Origin: Vezdaea acicularis
Lineage: Eukaryota
DNA length: 53,243 bases
Direction of reading: 5' to 3'
Assembly: GCA_026025075.1 (NCBI GenBank)
Contig: JAPEUI010000106.1
Location: forward strand, 1 to 53,243
Position numbers and translations under genes: made by a program. The notes below the pieces were generated by a model, which saw only the letters and a program-made list of their open reading frames with translations, searched no databases and was not told where the DNA came from. Within the stretch, counting starts at the first letter, position 1. Every line of letters starts with the position of its first letter. This document shows, one piece after another, positions 1-12,662 of the stretch.

Positions 1-904
1 GTAGAAAGTGAGAAGTCCTGGTTTGTGGAATCAAGACGGGCCTCGACTCGACCTGCCCAGTACTGATGAGAAATGGCAAGGGTGCATATCAGGCACGCGC
101 ATTTCTATGACGGGAGAGAGGTGATGCAACTGAAGACGCCGCGAACAAGCTTCTCTAGGGTTACAATCAGATCGATATCCATTCCCTAGCGGATTGGTAA
201 GTGGTACCAGATCCTCAGGCACAGCGACTATTCCCCGTCCCAGGAAGTCGAATAGCTTGCCGGTACCTTACCGCGAGGCAAAGCTCGGATACTTCGGAGG
301 CAAGAAGCAGGAACGGAGACCCTGCAGCCAGTCCCGTCACCTCATTTTCGGGACAAAAAATCTGAAGCACTCAGGTACGAAGTGTAGTAACGTTGTACCT
401 GGTTGCAGAGCGTTGCCGGAGTGTGGCGCGAGGCACGGCCCTACGGCAAGCGAGTGCCAGGCGTGATGACCAACCATTCAGGGGCGTATTAGGAACCACG
501 CATCGGGATCTCAAAGCAGGCACGCAGAGCTCCGTAATTGACCAAGCGGCAACCTTAGCTCTTCGAGAGGGTGTTGCATTGGGAATGCTCGTAGGCTACT
601 GCTTGAGTTACGTTGCAGATGGCGGGTTCGGAGCGAGGAGAGATGCCTGAGGCACAGCAAGCGAGCCCCCAATCAATCCTCAAACAGCGTAGGACGGACC
701 GCGCCGCGGCCTTGAAACACAAGTACCGACCGCGCGAAAAATAGTAGGGCGCGTTTCGGATCATGTCAGGTACACGCGCTACCGTCTCCATGGACGCTTG
801 ATGGTACTTTGGAAACATTATTATTGACAGGCATATAATTTACGGTGAACATAGCGGAGTCTGCAAAGACTGAAAAAGAGCACACCCAAATTCAATCCTC
901 ATCG

Positions 905-1750
905 CTACTCGTGCTTATCAAAGACGTCATCACTACTTGTTGCGACACTCCGCCGAGCTGCAATGGTAAGACCTTCCGCGATCTCGTTCCAGAAGTTGTA
1001 GGCCATGTAAGTAGGGAAGATCAACCAGGGCGCCCTAGATCGAAGGTTAGACCCACTGAACACCACGCACTCCCCGATATGACTTACTGGGGAAGTAGAA
1101 AGTAGACGGTCAGATCGAAAAGATTATTATGGCCGATGTTCGCCCAGCCGCTGTAATACTCGATAGCCCCTAAGCCGCGTTAGCTTCTCCATCCTATCCA
1201 TCATGTCCTTGCGTGGCATACAGTATATTACCGTCTTACTGAGCGTCATGACGGCCACAGAAAACCCTAATAGCGCAGCAATGCCACCTAATTCTCCTTT
1301 GACCTCTCTGCTCTCCGCAAGCCATCCAACTCGGCTCTTCGCAGGCGCCCCTCGTCCCTTCTTCGCGCTGCTAACCCCATACTTATACACGAGAAATAGA
1401 TACGCGATGTACATGGCCGTCTCGACCACATTGAGTGCTGACTGCGCCATAGGCCAGCCATCGCCCCTCTCGAGTGCTGGGAAGCCGTAGACGTAGTCGA
1501 CACGCGCGTAAATGCTGTAGGGCGTCCAGATTGGGGAATGCCATTTTCCTCCAGTCATTGAGTGGGGGCGCAAGGACATATAGCAGAAGTCCCATATAAC
1601 GAGAGGAATCTCGATCAGGAGCCAGATAAGGGTCAACTTTGAAGGCGTGTGCGCCCATACTGTCTTGCGCGAAGGCGTGCGAGTGACGGCTTTCGAGGGC
1701 GAGAATGTTGGAGGAGGGAAGTTCGAGGGATGGTTGCGTGTGGAGACCAT
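905..1750 (-). CDS. EXPERA/emopamil-binding-like multi-pass membrane protein (3 exons)
   Basis: ORF 1127..1750 carries hydrophobic helices and WD..Y..LRPHSM.GG.W...W.PY..YA.VDYVYG. GT-AG introns at 1170-1221 and 1035-1087 continue the frame as WAIEYYSGWANIGHN...PWLIFP..., ending at TAG 905-907. Confidence 0.7.
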
Positions 1751-2394
1751 TCTTATGGATTATTCGATAACACGGTTGAGGTTGGTATCCTTTGATCGGC
1801 GGATGGTGAGAACGTGTCTGGCGTATGCTAGTATGAGGTGGCGTGAACTGGCAGCTGAAGCCACCGCCGTGTACTTATGGGAATACGCTCTTTGTCGCAA
1901 TGGTCGCAGACCGAATCCAAGCATGTAAGACCATGAAGCACCTATACTGCGCGAGAAAGTCGTAGATAGTATCTAAATCTCTAATGCGCGCGTCCTCATC
2001 CTGCGAAAAAATCGTGGAGATTCCTCAGCGAGGTGGTACCATTCGGAATGATCGCCGCGATCCCCAGATCTAGAGTGCCGAGCCAATCACAGCCGACAGC
2101 GTTGACTTTGGGTCATCACCTCCGCGTGCCGTCAGGTGCCGTTTTGAGCCCGCGAGTAAACGCATGAATCCATGCTTGAGGTGAGATTCATCTTGTCTTT
2201 CTGTGAGAAGGTCCTTGTCGATTCACTAAACGAAATAGGGTCGAGTTGGCCAAGATGAGATCGAGCACCAATCACGACGCAGATGTGACCCAGACATGCT
2301 TAGGCGAGCACAATGCGAGGGCATATATGACGGAATAACGCTGCCAAAAATTGTCAACAGGCTATATACATTCTTATAATTCACGTAGCATACT

Positions 2395-3835
2395 CTAAGT
2401 TTTCTGGAACAAGATTTGGATGATAGTGGAATGACCGGAGGTATACACAGGTTGTTGAGTCCAACCGCGTGGAACTGCGTCGGCATAGAAGCTGGTATCG
2501 TTTCCAGATGAGACAAGGAGTCCGTTGCTTGACTAATTTCAAATTGGTCACTGAACGAGGTTCGATGCGTTAGAGAACCGCAAAGACTTACCGAAAATAC
2601 ATCTCCTAATACAGTTCTCCCGCAAGTAAAGACGCCGCTCGCAATGGCGCAATTGCCTTTGCTAGAAGTAAGAGTGAAGCCAGACCCAAAGGGAGCCGCC
2701 GTGTATGTCGCGCATGTTCCGCTCGTGAACCATTTTCCGGTGCTGATCAGGCAGCCTCCTGTGTCAATCTTCAAGTAGCCCTTGCCAAAGAAGGGATCCC
2801 CTGTCGGCCTCGAACTATCAGTTGTCGAGGTAGTCGAAGCGGTCATCGTTGTGGTGGGAGATGTTGTCGGTGGAGGATTATATCCATCTCCACCCTTCGG
2901 AAGGTACTTCACGCCAGTAGCAGGGCATGTAGACTTCGACCCGTCTATAGAAGTATAATGTTAGAGGGCTGAGGATTATGGAGACACTTAGAAGAGGCAC
3001 GTACCAGGATCTGTCGGAACGTAGCTGCCGCTTTGGACGTTTCCTTGGACGTTGTAATAATACCAAACCTCATTAAGAGCCCCAGAACGGCACCCAAGGG
3101 TCACCGGGTGCCCTGTAACTTGAGTAAGAGCAGCTTGAATATCCGCAGAAGTATACGTTTGAGAATTGCTGGGAGTGATCCCGGCTGCCGCAAGAGCCTA
3201 CAATATCTTGTTAGAGAAGAAAGAGCTAGATATGGAAGACATACCTGATAGGAGTCAAGGCCCTTGAAGAGACTGACAGTCTTCATAAAGAAATCTACCA
3301 CTTCTTCCTGGGGCTGGTAATCAGTGTAACAGCTAGGATCAAGGGTGTTTATGCATGTGCCATGTTTTCCCCATTCATGCTCCCAGAAGCTTGCGTCATT
3401 GCCCTTGTAGTCCTTCCAATAGATATTCATGTCATTGAGCAGAGCATCCTGCCCAGCGGCACGGATGATATCGGAAATGTTTGTATAAGCGCGAGAGGCA
3501 TCGCAATTCGCCTGGTATGTACCATCACAATTGTCTGGCCTGCATCGTTATCAGCTTTTAGCTTGCCATGTAGGCATTCTAGCATACCACAAGCCATGGA
3601 TAGTCCATGAGTTATTAGGACCCGTTGAGGGGCTTGCGTCCCAAAACTGAGTTTGGAGAAGCAAGCCTCCTGGAGCATTGTAACAACAGGTTCCTGCTGC
3701 TGAGCTACTACAACTTAATGGTCCCCCCGCAGGGCAGGTCGGTGATTGGGCTCTTGCGCTGTGGTATGCCGGGCCCATGGCAATCTGGGTGGAACCCATA
3801 AAGAACTTCGCGAGGGTTCTCAGTGATGGTATCAT
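2395..3835 (-). CDS. Ribonuclease T2 family protein with Ser/Thr linker and C-terminal extension (Rny1-like; 5 exons)
   Basis: Catalytic motifs CAS I (WTIHGLW|PDNC) and CAS II (FWEHEWGKHGTC). GT-AG introns at 3540-3587, 3198-3244, 2945-3004 and 2533-2591. ATG 3835 (MIPSLRT), TAG 2395-2397. Confidence 0.92.
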
Positions 3836-4955
3836 ATTACTGGACGGGATCTTGTCGGATAATTTGAGAGCTGGGGAGGGAACAGCCGCTGGAAGGGAGG
3901 AGGCGGCCGCATCTTGTACTTGCGCTCTCAGTTGAAAACCGAGCTCCTTAAGCCAACGCATAGCTCTACCAGGAAGGGTCCTGATATGGCTGATACTCAA
4001 GACAGAGCACGGACTAATCCTTTCAATATGGTTGGCACCTGGCGCAATGGCCCAAACAAAGGTTGATGAAGCTAGCAGCTGACAAGCGATTGGAGTACGC
4101 TTGTGGAACAGTACGGACTCGAGTCGTCACAGTGCCAGGAACCTTGGGGCTATTCACTTCAAACATTCCCATAACCTTCCTGATTTATGCAAGGTCGCAG
4201 AAATCAGAAGATACCTATGGGCGCGGAAGTGTCGCGCTGTGAGTGGAGTTGGTTCGGTGAGACCCATTTCCAGCTAGACATCTAGGGTCAGCGGGGATTC
4301 CGAAACCTTGATCCCTAGGCCGTTACCTTTTCCATCCTAATCGAACACCGAGGCTGGTTGGCATTCCGTGACAGCAGGCATGCGAGCTAAGTTGTACAGC
4401 TCGAGGAAGTAAAAATTTAAAAGAAGGAACCTTGGGTCCCAATGCTGGAAGTTGCAACATCCTGCATAATGCATAAGGCACTGTCGGTGTCATGTCATGG
4501 AAGCTTGCCCGGTACGATCGGAGCATCGGTAAATATTTCGCCGACTGTCCAAAAAGATACATCAGTCGGATACTGTTGTGATGGAGCCATCGGTCTCCTC
4601 TTCTCCGATCATCACCATGTCTCGGTCATAACTTTCCAAGCACGAAACATTCATGGTGAGACAGACCTAAACCTCGCATATGTACGTTCGTCCAGCTGGG
4701 CTTAGTAGTTCTCAAGGTATCAGCCATAGCCTTGCCAATGATCGGAGCTTCGTTTCACCGACTCATCTGATGGCTCTTATAAGAAGCATTCAATTGCCAT
4801 TTCTTTGATACTAAGATAAGTCTACACAGTATCAGACATTTCCTGAGCTCTCTCTACTAGCAAAATAGAAATCGCTTGGCTTAAAGACCGTCTTTTCTTC
4901 TATATCAAGACAACTTGCTTGAATACATGTTTATCCAAGCGCAATTTACTTCGAG

Positions 4956-6185
4956 ATGACATCCGTGAAGCCTAAGATTGCCATCGTAGGCGCTGGCCCT
5001 GCGGGGCTAACCCTAGCCAGGCTCCTCTATCTGAAAGACATCCCCTGTACGATCTTTGAGCGCGAAGCCAGCCGGCATGACCGCTCTCAAGGCGGGACAC
5101 TCGATCTGCACACTTCAACCGGCCAACGCGCCCTTTTTGAGGCCGGTCTTCGCAAGGGCTTGGAGGCTATTATGCGGCCCGAAGGCGAGGACATGGTTAT
5201 CTTAGACAAGCACGGCGGCAAGCACTGGGAAGATTCGGGCAACGACCATGAAGCACCTCCTGATGGAGGCAAGGAAGACCATGGAGGACCCCCAGCAGAC
5301 CGCGGCGAGGGTCGTGAGAGTCGCCCGGAAGTAGATCGAATAGCTCTACGAGAGCTCCTGCTCGATTCTTTGCCGGAGGGGCTGATTAAGTGGGACCACA
5401 AACTTATAGCAATCTCAGTCGACACAGCTTGTAGATACTCCCTTGAATTCAAAGACCACCCCGGAGAGGGACCCTTCGATCTCCTCGTTGGTGCTGACGG
5501 CGCCTGGTCACGTACCCGTACAATGGTCTCCACCGTCAAACCAATTTACTCGGGCATCAGCGGCGTGGAGGTGCGCCACAACGACGTGGACGCTACATAT
5601 CCGCATTTGAGCGCCTATGTAGGGCGCGGCTCCAGCTCTGCTATGTCGGACAACAAGGCCCTAATGGCGCAACGCAATGGCCACGGGATAATCCGTACCT
5701 ACGCAATGATGCGCACCCCAGAGAATTGGGTGAAAGAATGCGGCATCGATTTCACAAACGAGAACGAGACGAAGGAGAAGATGCTAGCCTACTTCTCGGA
5801 CTGGACCAACACGCAAAAAGATCTGATCCGCCTCGCGGAGCCGGAAATCGCCCCGCGCGCGCTTTATATGCTACCGCTGGGATTCAAATGGGATCATAGG
5901 AAAGGAGTCACATTGATAGGGGATGCGGCACATCTGATGACGCCGTTTGCAGGTGAAGGAGTGAACCTGGGGATGGCAGATGCGCTGGAGCTAAGTTATA
6001 TGATCACAGTCGGAATAGAGGGCTTAGATGAGAGGGTGAAGAAATACGAAGAAGACATGTATGTAAGGGCCGCAGAGAAGGCGGAAGAGAGCTGGAACAA
6101 TCTAAACTTGTTCTTTATGGATGATGCTCCAAAGGAGTTTGTAGAAGCATTTAAGAAGATGATACAAGGGCCGCCGCCTCAGTGA
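4956..6185 (+). CDS. FAD-dependent monooxygenase, TetX-like group A flavoprotein (intronless)
   Basis: GAGPAG Rossmann motif, QGGTLDLH, RPEVDR, DLLVGADGAWS (DG motif) and VTLIGDAAHLMTPFAGEGVN (GD motif); these match the TetX/tetracycline-destructase-like family. Confidence 0.88.
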   Translation: MTSVKPKIAIVGAGPAGLTLARLLYLKDIPCTIFEREASRHDRSQGGTLDLHTSTGQRALFEAGLRKGLEAIMRPEGEDMVILDKHGGKHWEDSGNDHEAPPDGGKEDHGGPPADRGEGRESRPEVDRIALRELLLDSLPEGLIKWDHKLIAISVDTACRYSLEFKDHPGEGPFDLLVGADGAWSRTRTMVSTVKPIYSGISGVEVRHNDVDATYPHLSAYVGRGSSSAMSDNKALMAQRNGHGIIRTYAMMRTPENWVKECGIDFTNENETKEKMLAYFSDWTNTQKDLIRLAEPEIAPRALYMLPLGFKWDHRKGVTLIGDAAHLMTPFAGEGVNLGMADALELSYMITVGIEGLDERVKKYEEDMYVRAAEKAEESWNNLNLFFMDDAPKEFVEAFKKMIQGPPPQ

Positions 6186-6375
6186 TAGTATAGAATAAAG
6201 GCGTTACGATGGAGATTAGCCGCAAAATGTGATCCCTATTGGTAAGGCTCAGATATAGTGTAGGAATCAGGGATGACAAGTCTGCATGTTAGAAGCTCAA
6301 TATCCCAAAAAAACCCAGTCTAATTGATTTTTGATATATTGGGTTTTATTTACTGCAGATGCGTGATGCTGCCGC

Positions 6376-8554
6376 CTACAAAAAGACCTCTAGGTTGATC
6401 TCTAGCGTACTGACTGCATATTTGAGTTCAAACTTTTCCAGCACAGACGGATGTAAGCTAGAGTGACTCGATTAGCAAAACACATTTAATGTCAGAACCA
6501 AATGCTTACATTCCGAATTGACCAATGACGGCTTCTTTTCCACCCAGTCTAACATGTACTCTCGCTGCATGCCCCGGGAAGAACGTTTTATCGTCTAGCT
6601 CCGTTATCCAATACCCATCTATCTGGCCTTCTAAACCCTCTTCATGATTCAAGAACGCACTCTTCAGCATGAGCATTACCCGATCCAATAGCCCATGTAC
6701 CACTTCGAACCCGCTGCTTTTGCCATACCACGCCGCGGCGAAATGTCTCTCGTTTCGACTTTTACGCTCGAGTTCCGGAGCCTTGAACGCGACGTCCGAG
6801 ACCTCGAAGACTTTGATTGGGACGCTATGATGTTTGTTCTCTCTGATCGTTTTCAGCAGCCCAGGAAGAAGGGACGTGCGGACGACTTGATACTCCGTTG
6901 TCTTGGGATTCGCAAGCCGTACCGCGGTTTTTCCGTCGTCATGGCGATTGAGCCATGCAAAGTTTTCGTCATGTGAACATAATATCAAGGGCATAACTTC
7001 ACTCCAACCGGCCATCGCGGCTTCTAAACGGACAATATCGCCAAGCTTATTGATAGGTAACGGCTGTGCAACTGTACCAGACTCGGATGGAAAGTAACGC
7101 GGGAGTTTGTTGAACCCATATGCAACAGCCACATCTTCCATAATGTCACACTGATGCAAAACATCAGCGCGGGTTGGCGGTATGAAAATGTCTATCAGAT
7201 CTGGAGAAGTATTCGAGGGGCGAGCATTATAGCACATCTTCTGGAGGAGCGTGCAGACTGTGGGGGCATCAAGTTCAAGACCACAACAGGAGTTGATGTA
7301 CGAGAGTTCAGCGTGCGTAGCACGAGGCGTTAGGTCGGGAGCTTGACGCGATTCGTGGTTGTGTGGCGATATGATGTTCATTGGTTCAATGCTAAATATC
7401 AAAGGTGAGCTATGGACGAACTGAACAGGACGCAGAACTTCCTAGAACTTACGTGAATTGCTGGGAAGTGTACTGGGAGAACATAGCGACAAGAATACAG
7501 TTCACTATTTCCACCTTTGTCCGATCGAGACCCGTGATATCGATGAATACGTTTTTGGTGTTTAGAGTTATCTTTGAGTGATCGCCGTTGATGATTGGTG
7601 GCATAGAGCAAACAACCTTATTTGAATCATAGATGACAGGGTATACTGGCGAGTCTCTAATGATAGGAAGGAATTTACTGAGGTGCTTGTCCTTCTCGTA
7701 AAAAGACATTATCTCTACCGCGCTCATTTTTTTCTTTTGATTTAGAGGTATGAAGTGGATTTCTTCCGGTGGAAGAGCGTCATATGTGAACGGCCCTTTT
7801 ATTGTGTCCAAATCATGCGTACCAATCGCTACCAAGGTCCTCTGGCGCGCGAGGTTTTGGTGTAGCTTATCTTGTAAAGCAATGAAGGACGCATACCGCT
7901 CTGGTGTAAATTTAACATTACGAAGGATTGCGCCGGAGCAATACGGCCGAACTCTCATCGTCTAGAACCACTGATCAGTCTCATAAATAGATTTTGGGTA
8001 GCTACGGCCACACTTCTTCCTTGATAATGAGAGATTGGAGCTTGCCATCTTGGGGAGGCACAAGCCGATAATCTGGAGATGTTGCCTTTCCGCGGAAGAT
8101 GTTGAGCATGAGAGCAATACCCTCGAAACAAAGCATGTCATATCTAACCCAAAGTATGAGCTTCTAGCCGCTCACTCTTTTCCCAATTGGTCCCACCTAT
8201 TGGCGGGTATCTCAATCTTGAGTTGTGGAGGTTCCTGCTTCCCATCTACAATAGGACGGTCCGCGTTTGAAGTCTAATAAACTTAGTACATTTTCATTGT
8301 ATGATAAAAATAAATTCTTTACATCTTCATCGAGTTCAATGCCTTGTACAATCTAAATTAGCATTATGTTTGAAAAGCGAGGGTAGGAAGTCCATACCAA
8401 ACTCAAAACAGAGTTCATCGAACTCTTCGGTAGTAAAGCTGAGCGTTTGTGTCAGAAGCTTACACAAAGCCCGATAGGTTAGATAGTATGGCTGAACTCA
8501 CTCTTGGCCTAAAGCTTTGAAAAGCTCAGCCTTATCAACAGCTATGGTAGGCAT
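6376..8554 (-). CDS. FRS1: Phenylalanine--tRNA ligase beta subunit, cytosolic (8 exons)
   Basis: Spliced N-terminus [54 protein letters not shown]3/4 motif [48 protein letters not shown]-terminus [20 protein letters not shown] with TAG 6376-6378. Seven GT-AG introns. Confidence 0.96.
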
Positions 8555-9379
8555 ATTGGACTATCTCTGCCCCGCAGTTGGCACTTTGCGAGATGAAAAC
8601 GGCGATGATTCCTTAATGATGGCGGGGCTACTTGGAAAAAAGTCTGAAGCGCCAAAGCGGCGCACACCGCGCTTGCCCGACCTGTTATAATTGACTTGTA
8701 TCCGCACAAATTAACTTGAATATGCAAGTCTCGAAGTGAGGTCCGAATGATTCACCTCGTCAAGCCACAGGCGCCAGCCACGCTAAGTCTCGCTTCTTCT
8801 TAGGCGCTTGGGCCGGGTTGCCCTGCCGCTTCTGCTGGGTCAAAACCTTGCCATAGAACAACCCACCAACAGCTCTCAAATCACTCCGTTAGAGCCTCCA
8901 TACCTTTTGATTTCACTGTTAAGGGCGTCTATCACGAAGCAACGACCTCTTTCCCTCATTCAGCTTGAGGCATCTTTCCGTAGGTACGTATTGAGTGTTT
9001 TCGCCTCAAGGCGCAAAAGCCATCGCATGTTGCCCGCTTCCATGTATTCGCAGAACTTTATGCCAGCCTTTTATAGCCACTGGCCTGGATGATCATACGT
9101 CATGTTCTCGGAATGCCTGATACATGATCTCGATTATTGACAATGCTTATTAGAGCTCCTACGTCTCCGTGCATTGGAACTCGGTACACTTTGCTAGATT
9201 CATCATTCCCGAAGTCATTGCGCCGATTAGCATTGTCTCATTACTATCTGCACTGAATCCACAACTGCACCTAAACCAAGGGCTTCCTTCGGATAATTGC
9301 GACACGATTCCATTATCTAAGTCGCAATTACCAGACCTCTTCACGTGCTAAAAGCTACAAGGATTACAATCGCCTCAGC

Positions 9380-11602
9380 ATGGATGATCAGAACCAGCAA
9401 GATGCATTATTCCCTATTGCAGTTCTAATTGACGAGTTAAAAGTGAGCTACTGTTTATAGAGTAAGGCATATATCCCGTGATGCTAATATGCCTTAGCAT
9501 GACGATGTCCTTCTCAGACTTAATGCTATTCATCGCCTTTCAACCATCGCTTTGGCGCTTGGACCAGAACGCACAAGGGACGAGCTTATCCCCTTCTTAG
9601 ATGGTCAGTGAGGGTTTGAGTTCCTATAATTCATGAGTTTGGAACTAATCGTACAATTTAGAGTCTGTCGAGGATGAGGACGAAGTTTTAACAGCGTTGA
9701 GCGAGGAGCTTGGGAACTTCATCGATTATGTGGGAGGTCCAGAGTACGGGCACGTGCTTTTATCTCCTCTGGAGAATCTGGCCGCTATTGAAGAGCCGCT
9801 TGTGAGAGACAAGGTGAGTGGTCCCGCAGGAGAGCACTGATCATGTCAGAACTGACTGGGTCTAAGGCCGTCGAGTCTCTAAACAAGATATGCGAGCAAC
9901 TCTCACAGCAACAAGTTGAAAAGTACTTTATCCCTCTGACGATTAATCTTTCGAAAGCCGACTGGTTTACATCGAAGATATCTGCGACTGGCCTTTATAA
10001 TGTTCCATACAGCAAGGCGACGCCGCCGTCTCAAGAAGGACTTCGGCAGCAATTTGGGGTACTCGTGCATGATGATACGCCAATGGTACGAAGGCAAGCT
10101 GCGACAAATATGGGAAAGTTCGTAAAGGAGATGCCTGCATCGATCGTGATTGAGGAGATGATACCATTGTTTCAACATCTTGCTAGTGACGACCAAGATA
10201 GCGTCCGACTCCTCACCGTTGACATCCTGATCGCTATTGCCGAGGTGGTACCGAAGGAGCAGCAGTCGAGTCATGGAGTATTACTGACTTCCCTGAGAAA
10301 TCTGTTTAGTGATAAGAGCTGGAGGGTCAGATATATGGTGGCTGATAGGTTTGAGAAGGTTTGTCAACTCTCAGATAAGCCAACAGCATGCATCTAATGT
10401 TCTCAGATCGCAAGAGCAGTCGATGAAGAGGTCGTTACGCGAGACCTTGTCCCAGCTTTTGTCAAGCTTCTCAAAGATTCGGAAGCAGAAGTAAGGACGG
10501 CAATTGCTGGTCAGATTCCAGGGTTCTGTAGCTTGCTAGATCGGGAAACTCTACTTAATGAGATCATGACGCCTGTCGAGGATCTAGTCTCAGATACCTC
10601 ACAGCACGTCCGAGCTGCTCTTGGGACGCAAATAAGTGGCTTAGCGCCTATCCTAGGGAAAGAAGAGTATGTTTGATCACTTCGACATTTTGTTGGATGG
10701 TAAGGTTGACAGTGCATATAGAACGATCGCCCATCTCCTCCCTATGTTCTTGCAGATGCTTAAAGACGACTTCCCCGATGTTCGACTACATATTATCTCT
10801 AAACTTGAGCTCGTAAACAAAGGTAGGCTTGAACTTACCCAAGCTCTCGGACTTTAATTGACCTTGGGCATAGTAATTGGCATTGATCTCCTTTCTCAAT
10901 CACTTCTTCCTGCAATCATCCAATTGGCCGAGGACAAGCAATGGCGCGTCAGGCTGGCGATTATCGAATACATCCCCCTACTAGCGAGCCAGCTTGGCGT
11001 GAACTTCTTCGACGAGAAGCTTAGCAATCTCTGCATGAGCTGGCTTGGCGACACTGTCTTTTCGATACGCGAGGCTGCTACTCAGAATCTCAAGAAATTG
11101 ACCGAAGTATTTGGTGTTGAATGGGCAAATGATGCCATTATACCAAAGGTCATGGCAATGGGCCAGCACCAGAACTACCTTTACCGCATGACAACATGCT
11201 TCGCCATTTCTGTAAGTCAAGTGCACGTTACCTAACAGGTTAGGACTAACTAAGGTTAAGACTCTTGCTCCTGCAATCGATTTAGAGGTCATCGAAAAAT
11301 CAATCCTACCTATGATGGATCGGCTGGTCGCAGACGACATCCCAAATATTCGATTCAACGTCGCAAAATCCTACGCAGTCCTCATTGATGTACTCAAGCG
11401 ACTCCCTACCGACGGGACAATCACAGGCATGGAGAAGTCAGGCGAAACTCTACCACCATCCCCTAAGGGCCAAGAGCTCATTGATCAGCACATCCTCCCC
11501 AATCTCGAAAAGCTACAGCAGGACGACGACGTGGACGTACGGTACTTTGCTACCACCGCAGCCGGGTCTGTTGCAGAGCCGATGATGAAAATGGAATCAT
11601 AG
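9380..11602 (+). CDS. TPD3: Protein phosphatase 2A scaffold (A/PR65) subunit, HEAT repeats (8 exons)
   Basis: [106 protein letters not shown]. Seven GT-AG introns (first begins 9443, last 11212-11260). Confidence 0.97.
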
Positions 11603-12152
11603 ATCATGGTTGTGGGAATATTTTTAAATAAAGGGTGTTAGCGTCTAATAACAAGCTGTTTACAAACGAGGTTTCACCGGTCCAGGCATCTGAAGTGCTC
11701 TTCTTGTCGGTTTGGTTGGTTTTGCTACAACATTTTCCAGACCCGTCCATGGAAGGGGATGGGCTTTGTTCTCTAGATTTAGTGGAGCAACAAGAATGAT
11801 TGCATTGTGTTTGACCGGCATGCAATTAAATTAAATTAAAGCTTGCCCAGCCTACTTGTCTGGGGTGAACGGCTTGCTTTGCTGGATGATGATTCTAGCC
11901 CAGCCATTTCCAACCCGCATAGCTTCGACTCATGTCGCCTCAAGCTATACCAACCCAAGCCAATAGTTCCAAGCAAAGACATCCCCAATTTCCAAAGCGT
12001 AGCGTGCATAACAGAATTCCATCCAAGACGAACAGTAAGGGGTGACCAGCCCGGGATATCTCCGCAATAGCCAAACCATCATAAACAGTAACCAGCCCAT
12101 AATGTTCATTTCTGACTAGAAGTCTTCAGCAAGACCACAATCTATCAGTCGA

Positions 12153-12662
12153 CTAAAGCATCCTCATCGCCGTCCCATAGCGTACTTTCGGCCGTCTTGC
12201 AATCTCAAGCCTTTCCTTCGCGTCACAAACGCGCTGAGCGTTGCGTAGCCGCCGTTTCATGTCCTCACGAACCCTCTGCTCTTTAAACGCTTGGGCGACA
12301 AGGTCGGCAAGTAGTGAGCGTTGAGGCTTTTGCGTACTAGAGGAGGCATCGCCAGATTCCGAACTTCTTGTAAGAAGTTTGAAAGTGTCATAGTTGAGGC
12401 TTGAGGCATCAGAGGGTTCATCTTCTTGGATGGGAGCTTCAGAATATGGCTCGGGAAGAATGTTTGTTAATTTGATGGATGTAAATGATTCTGTAGACGG
12501 TTCGGGAGAGGGCTCGGTAGAGGGCTCGCTGGCGGTCGGAGTGGAGGTAGAAGTGGAGGAGGACTGCATGCCAAGCCCCAAGAGAGCAGCAATCTTGGAG
12601 TAGCGGAGTGACGGTCGACGAGTCACCGCGAGCGGTAGGATGTTGATAGGTGCTTCAGACAT
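12153..12662 (-). CDS. Hypothetical Ser/Pro/Glu-rich protein, 169 aa (orphan candidate)
   Basis: ATG in good context (AAGCC-ATG-T), low-complexity EPST repeats and a basic helical C-terminus. A candidate 5'UTR intron lies at 12706-12754 (GTAAGT...CATAG). No recognisable domain. Confidence 0.45.
   Translation of the reverse strand: MSEAPINILPLAVTRRPSLRYSKIAALLGLGMQSSSTSTSTPTASEPSTEPSPEPSTESFTSIKLTNILPEPYSEAPIQEDEPSDASSLNYDTFKLLTRSSESGDASSSTQKPQRSLLADLVAQAFKEQRVREDMKRRLRNAQRVCDAKERLEIARRPKVRYGTAMRML

Noticed and set aside
3836..4000. Upstream in-frame extension of RNase T2 in the ORF track
   Set aside because: No recognisable targeting or conserved features; ATG 3835 already gives a family-typical N-terminus.
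11212..11260. Two branch/acceptor sets in the last PP2A intron (similar patterns in the EFM4, MED10 and APL4 introns), suggesting stwintrons
   Set aside because: Each intervening sequence is only 49-66 nt, too short for two nested spliceable introns, and a single intron restores the frame.
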